Below, piece after piece: positions 19,068 through 22,379 of a stretch of DNA of 22,379 bases; position 1 is the stretch's first letter, and every line of letters starts with the position of its first letter. Location: contig JBCBJQ010000098.1 of NCBI GenBank assembly GCA_038523235.1, positions 1 to 22,379 of the forward strand. Reading direction: 5' to 3'. The position numbers and the translations under genes were made by a program. Under the pieces are notes generated by a model that was given only the letters and a program-made list of their open reading frames with translations, was not told the origin of the DNA and ran no database searches. Source of the DNA: Cyanobacteria bacterium J06626_4. Its GTDB lineage: Bacteria > Cyanobacteriota > Cyanobacteriia > Phormidesmidales > Phormidesmidaceae.

Positions 19068-19193
19068 GTTCAGAAAGCAGCTACAAAAACCTCACCGCCT
19101 GCGGCACCTTTACTTGTAAAGGAGAGGTTTATCAAGATTCCGGTTCCTCACCTTTATTAAGGAGAGGAGAGGTTCTGAAGACATATTCTGAAC
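19068..19193. repeat. Palindromic intergenic repeat element (CCTCxCCTT...AAGGAGAGG type) between convergent genes
   Basis: Hairpins AAACCTCACC...GGAGAGGTTT (19087-19130, inner CCTTTAC-TT-GTAAAGG) and TCCTCACCTT-TATT-AAGGAGAGGA (19145-19168), bracketed by GTTCAGAA/TTCTGAAC. Confidence 0.65.
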
Positions 19194-19206
19194 CCAACAA
19201 GGCGGC

Positions 19207-20436
19207 TCACAATTGCCCCACAAAATCAAAAATATGGTGGGCCAGATGCCGCTTTGAACTCGCTGGAATCACCTGTCGCTGCCCCAACTTACCTAGCAGC
19301 ACCGCCTGGTTGGTGTCGCCGCCAAAGCCACTACCAGGCTGGTCGATGGGGTTAGCGACGATCGCGTCCAGTCCTTTTGACGTCAGCTTTTTGAGGGCAG
19401 GCGGCTCAATGTCACCGGTTTGAGCCGCAAACCCAATCAGCCTCTGATGGTCATGCTTGAGCTGTGCCAGTGCCGCCGCAATGTCAGGCACAGCAGCCAG
19501 GGACAGCGCGTCGGGCAAGGTAGCCTTGGGCAGCTTGTGCGGCACATAGTCACGGGGTTTCACATCCGCCACCGCTGCTGCCATGACAATCCAATCAGCC
19601 TGGGACAGATGAGCGACTAAAGCCGATTGCATCTCAGTGGCAGTGGTGACCGCAAGGCGTTGCACTCCCGTCAGGTCAGTGCAATGCTCTGCGGCCATCG
19701 GGCCGTGGACTAAGGTGACGACGGCCCCGCGATCGCGCGCTGCTTGAGCCAGGGCTACGCCCATTTTGCCAGTGGAGGGATTGCCAATAAATCGCACCGG
19801 ATCGAGATATTCCTGCGTACCTCCAGCGCTGATCAGCAGGTGCTTGCCTGCCAAATCGCGGTGCCCGCGAGTCAGCAATAAGGAATCGGCCACGGCCAAA
19901 ATTTCTGACGGCTCGGCCATGCGTCCGGGGCCAACGCGATCGCAGGCCAGCACCCCAGCGCCGGGGGCGATCGTGTGATAGCGGGGATCGGTTTGCACCT
20001 GCTGCCAGTTGCGCTGCACGCTTTGCTGCTGCCACATGTCGGTATTCATCGCGGGCACCAACAACACGGGGCAGGTGGAAGCCAACACCACATTGGTCAG
20101 CAGATTGTCTGCCAGACCGTGGGCTAATTTTCCCAGGGTATTGGCGGTCAACGGTGCCAGAATCATCAGGTCAGCCGTTTCTCCCAGCTCAATGTGGAGG
20201 GGCCGCGACTGTCCTGCCTGCCAAAACTCCGCATCAGTCGCTACGGGATGGCGGCATAGGGTGGCCAACGTCAGGGGCGTGATGAACTGTTGCGCCGGCG
20301 CCGTCATGATGGGGATAACCTCAACCCCAAGTTTGGCCAGAGTTGAGGCGACTGTGCAGACCTTATAGGCGGCGATGCCACCGCCGAGGCCCAAAAGCAC
20401 GCGTTGTCTGGGCTTTGAGGATGCGATCGCTGTCAT
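19207..20436 (-). CDS. coaBC: Bifunctional phosphopantothenoylcysteine decarboxylase / phosphopantothenate-cysteine ligase
   Basis: GGIAAYK, PAMNTDMW, LACDRVGPGRM, DPVRFIGNPSTGKMG, AAAVAD and GFAAQT. Confidence 0.97.
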   Translation of the reverse strand: MTAIASSKPRQRVLLGLGGGIAAYKVCTVASTLAKLGVEVIPIMTAPAQQFITPLTLATLCRHPVATDAEFWQAGQSRPLHIELGETADLMILAPLTANTLGKLAHGLADNLLTNVVLASTCPVLLVPAMNTDMWQQQSVQRNWQQVQTDPRYHTIAPGAGVLACDRVGPGRMAEPSEILAVADSLLLTRGHRDLAGKHLLISAGGTQEYLDPVRFIGNPSTGKMGVALAQAARDRGAVVTLVHGPMAAEHCTDLTGVQRLAVTTATEMQSALVAHLSQADWIVMAAAVADVKPRDYVPHKLPKATLPDALSLAAVPDIAAALAQLKHDHQRLIGFAAQTGDIEPPALKKLTSKGLDAIVANPIDQPGSGFGGDTNQAVLLGKLGQRQVIPASSKRHLAHHIFDFVGQL

Positions 20437-20452
20437 AGCCGACTGAGGCTAC

Positions 20453-20665
20453 TCACTCTTCATCAAAGGGTTCGTTATCAAGCAGATAGGTATATTTCTC
20501 CACCAGCTCAGGCCGTTGAAAGGCCAAGGCCCTGAGCAAATGCCAGTCTTTCAACCCTTCAAAGGCACTGTCGTAGGCATCTTGCTCTAGACGTTTGGCC
20601 AGTTCTTCGACGGACTCTTGGGTCATCGATGTGACCGACTCCGGTGATACGTGCAGCGTGCTCAT
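20453..20665 (-). CDS. DUF2555-family small cyanobacterial protein
   Basis: LAKRLEQDAYDSAFEGLKDWHLLRALAFQRPEL; GGAG ribosome-binding site upstream; lies directly upstream of coaBC. Confidence 0.85.
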   Translation of the reverse strand: MSTLHVSPESVTSMTQESVEELAKRLEQDAYDSAFEGLKDWHLLRALAFQRPELVEKYTYLLDNEPFDEE

Positions 20666-21299
20666 AGTTCTCCCCCAGCATTCGTTTCGTCACGGTTGGC
20701 GATCGCCCAGCCAGGGTGATGATCGTTCACCCCTGCACATAGTTGAGATCGATGGCGACCCGCTTTCCGCCTGCATCATCGCCCGGATAGTCGCTCGATG
20801 ATGCCGAACGACCTCGACCATTGCGCAATGGCCAACCGCATCGCCAAGGCCATTGACGATATCTTTAATTGAGATGCTTGCATTTTAAAGGCCGGTGCCG
20901 TGACTGCGATGACCGCTGGGTTAAAACTTATCGAAGTTTCTTCAGTCCGCTAGCCCGAAGCTGGGCCGCCTGGCGGTCGGTTCGTAGCACTGACCGGGTA
21001 GCCACAAACCGACTCACGAATCTCACTTATCCCGTCAGCATGATCTGGCAACCCGGGAGGGCATTGCTTGATCACATCAAGATGCTTATTTCAATCACTT
21101 GCCATTCACGATGCTTAAGCTACGATGGGCACAAATTAATTAACCTCGGGTACGACGTCACAACTTAACGGCCCAAACCGTTGAGGCACGCCGTCAGGGC
21201 TAGCCTCAACGGGGTTTGCTAGAGGATAGAAACGAGGTACTGCCACCCCGATAATTCCATCAGTGATGACCGCTCCCAGCCTAGTGATCGCCCTCTAAC

Positions 21300-22013
21300 T
21301 TGGTGTCAAGTTCCGTGGATTCTTTGCCCCCCTACGATCGTCCCGTCACCCCCGCCCCCCGCGTCGCGAATCGCGATCGCGGCCCCATTTTATGGACAAC
21401 TTTTTTGTTGTTGGGAGTGGCCTGGCTGATATCTGCCGAAAATCCTTTCAAGCTCGGGCGATCGCTGCGCTGGTGGCCCGCCGAGTCGGACGTCATTGCG
21501 GTGCCACTGGCTATGGAAGCGGGTGATCCCCATGTGCGTGCGCTGATGCGCACCATCTCTGCCGCTGAATCTTACACTGCCGCGCCGTACCACACCCTGT
21601 ATGGCGGCGACTTAGTGAATGATCTGACCCACCACCCTGACAAGTGCGTCACCATTGTGGTTGGCCCGAATACGGGAGACTGCACCACTGCCGCTGGCCG
21701 CTATCAGTTTTTGACTACTACCTGGCTCGAAAAAGCCGATGCCTACCATCCCGAGCCGCCCCGGTGGTATTCGTGGTGGGGCAACTATAGCTTTGAGCCA
21801 ATCTATCAGGATGAAGTGGTCTATCTTTGGTTGAGTGATCCCGCCGCGTGGAATGCGGACATTCCTGAACTGTTACGGCAGGGACAGCTAGAAGATGTGC
21901 TGTATCTGCTTTCAGGCACGTGGACTAGCCTCGGCTACGGCATTGAAGACAACAGCATGACGCCGCACCTGCAAGCAATCTACCAAGAAGCATTGGCTGA
22001 AGAACTGCAGTGA
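21300..22013 (+). CDS. Membrane-anchored lambda-R-like lysozyme/muramidase (GH104/GH24-like)
   Basis: ALMRTISAAES (catalytic Glu), YHTLYGG, TAAGRYQFLTTTW, FEPIYQD and WTSL; one N-terminal hydrophobic helix. Start uncertain. Confidence 0.85.
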   Translation: MVSSSVDSLPPYDRPVTPAPRVANRDRGPILWTTFLLLGVAWLISAENPFKLGRSLRWWPAESDVIAVPLAMEAGDPHVRALMRTISAAESYTAAPYHTLYGGDLVNDLTHHPDKCVTIVVGPNTGDCTTAAGRYQFLTTTWLEKADAYHPEPPRWYSWWGNYSFEPIYQDEVVYLWLSDPAAWNADIPELLRQGQLEDVLYLLSGTWTSLGYGIEDNSMTPHLQAIYQEALAEELQ

Positions 22014-22047
22014 GGGGCGATCGCCCCACCGGTTTCAACTTGGGAAA

Positions 22048-22234
22048 TCAGGCTCCGCTTCGGTTTTACCATTGAGAGTGGTGCTCTTGTTGGCCTAGAG
22101 CCAGAAACGAAGGAAGCGCTCGTCTCGCTTTTTTAGCAGTTGCCAGTCCGGTAAGGAACAGACTGCGGAACGACTGTTCAAACGCCCTCTTACCCGTTGC
22201 TTCATCTTGGCCCGATGGCTAAACCACGTCTTGA
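22048..22234 (+). ncRNA. ssrS: 6S RNA
   Basis: About 187-nt rod-like fold (TCAGG/CTTGA, GCTTCGG/CCGATGGC, GAGAGTG/CGCCCTC, TTGTT/AACGA, with G-U pairs favouring the + strand). Contains TTACCATTGAGAGTGGTGCTC and GACTGCGGAACGAC, resembling conserved 6S blocks, plus TAGCAGTTGCCAGT as recalled for cyanobacterial 6S. Ends approximate. Confidence 0.82.
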
Positions 22235-22379
22235 CCAATTCTAATTTTTTGCGTCATGGCAAACACTTTCTATAAATGGGCGCAAAATAACCGTAGCGTC
22301 AGGAAGAACCAAGATGAAGCAACGGGTAAGAGGGCGTTTGAACAGTCGTTCCGCAGTCTGTTCCTTACCGGACTGGCAA
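22140..22379. repeat. Perfect 71-bp inverted repeat (22140-22210 and 22309-22379), 98-bp spacer
   Basis: Base-by-base reverse complement; the second arm reaches the window edge and may extend further. Confidence 0.95.

Larger units (their letters stand above)
76..22024. repeat. HIP1 octamer GCGATCGC dispersed through the window
   Basis: Roughly 40 copies by eye (e.g. 76, 503, 2731, 8525, 15671, 19729, 22017), far above chance; hallmark of cyanobacterial DNA. Confidence 0.95.

Noticed and set aside
20858..20890. AT-rich stretch upstream of DUF2555 as a Fur box
   Set aside because: Poor fit to the 7-1-7 inverted consensus.
349..21593. Numerous short ORFs in the track that overlap called genes (e.g. 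349-564, 3786-4061, 8591-9058, 10178-10681, 15943-16341, 20009-20368) and intergenic ORFs 6876-7133, 11825-12016 and 20869-21168
   Set aside because: They are antisense or off-frame shadows in GC-rich DNA with no motifs or ribosome-binding support.
21300..22013. Prophage remnant
   Set aside because: No other phage genes are present; the flanks are core genes and HIP1 density is host-like.
22140..22379. CRISPR array or transposon terminal repeats
   Set aside because: There are only two arms, they are inverted, and they derive from 6S RNA; no repeat-spacer periodicity, cas gene or transposase is present.

Overview
Chromosomal window from a filamentous cyanobacterium (Leptolyngbya/Nodosilinea-like by inference; roughly 40 HIP1 GCGATCGC octamers by eye). 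It is mostly conserved housekeeping genes: DUF3120 (partial), uppP, a TIGR03279 radical SAM protein, TolC, a Ycf46-like AAA ATPase, an MsbA-like ABC exporter, ABM, GNAT, rdgB, psbY (missing from the ORF track), a gamma-carbonic-anhydrase-like protein, TIGR02652, VOC, a degenerate AAA protein, coaBC, DUF2555, a GH104-like lysozyme and 6S RNA. Three things stand out. (1) An IS110-family element (5508-6768, minus strand) has a broken recombinase but a readable IS621-type bridge RNA whose target-loop guides match the element's own flanks. Its ends would form a junction promoter on circularisation, its donor loop looks interrupted by a mini-insertion, and it sits in the loop of a host inverted repeat. 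(2) The adjacent metK-ahcY pair looks gammaproteobacterial rather than cyanobacterial. (3) A perfect 71-bp inverted duplicate of part of 6S RNA runs to the window edge. Family assignments are from motif recognition only; no searches were run.
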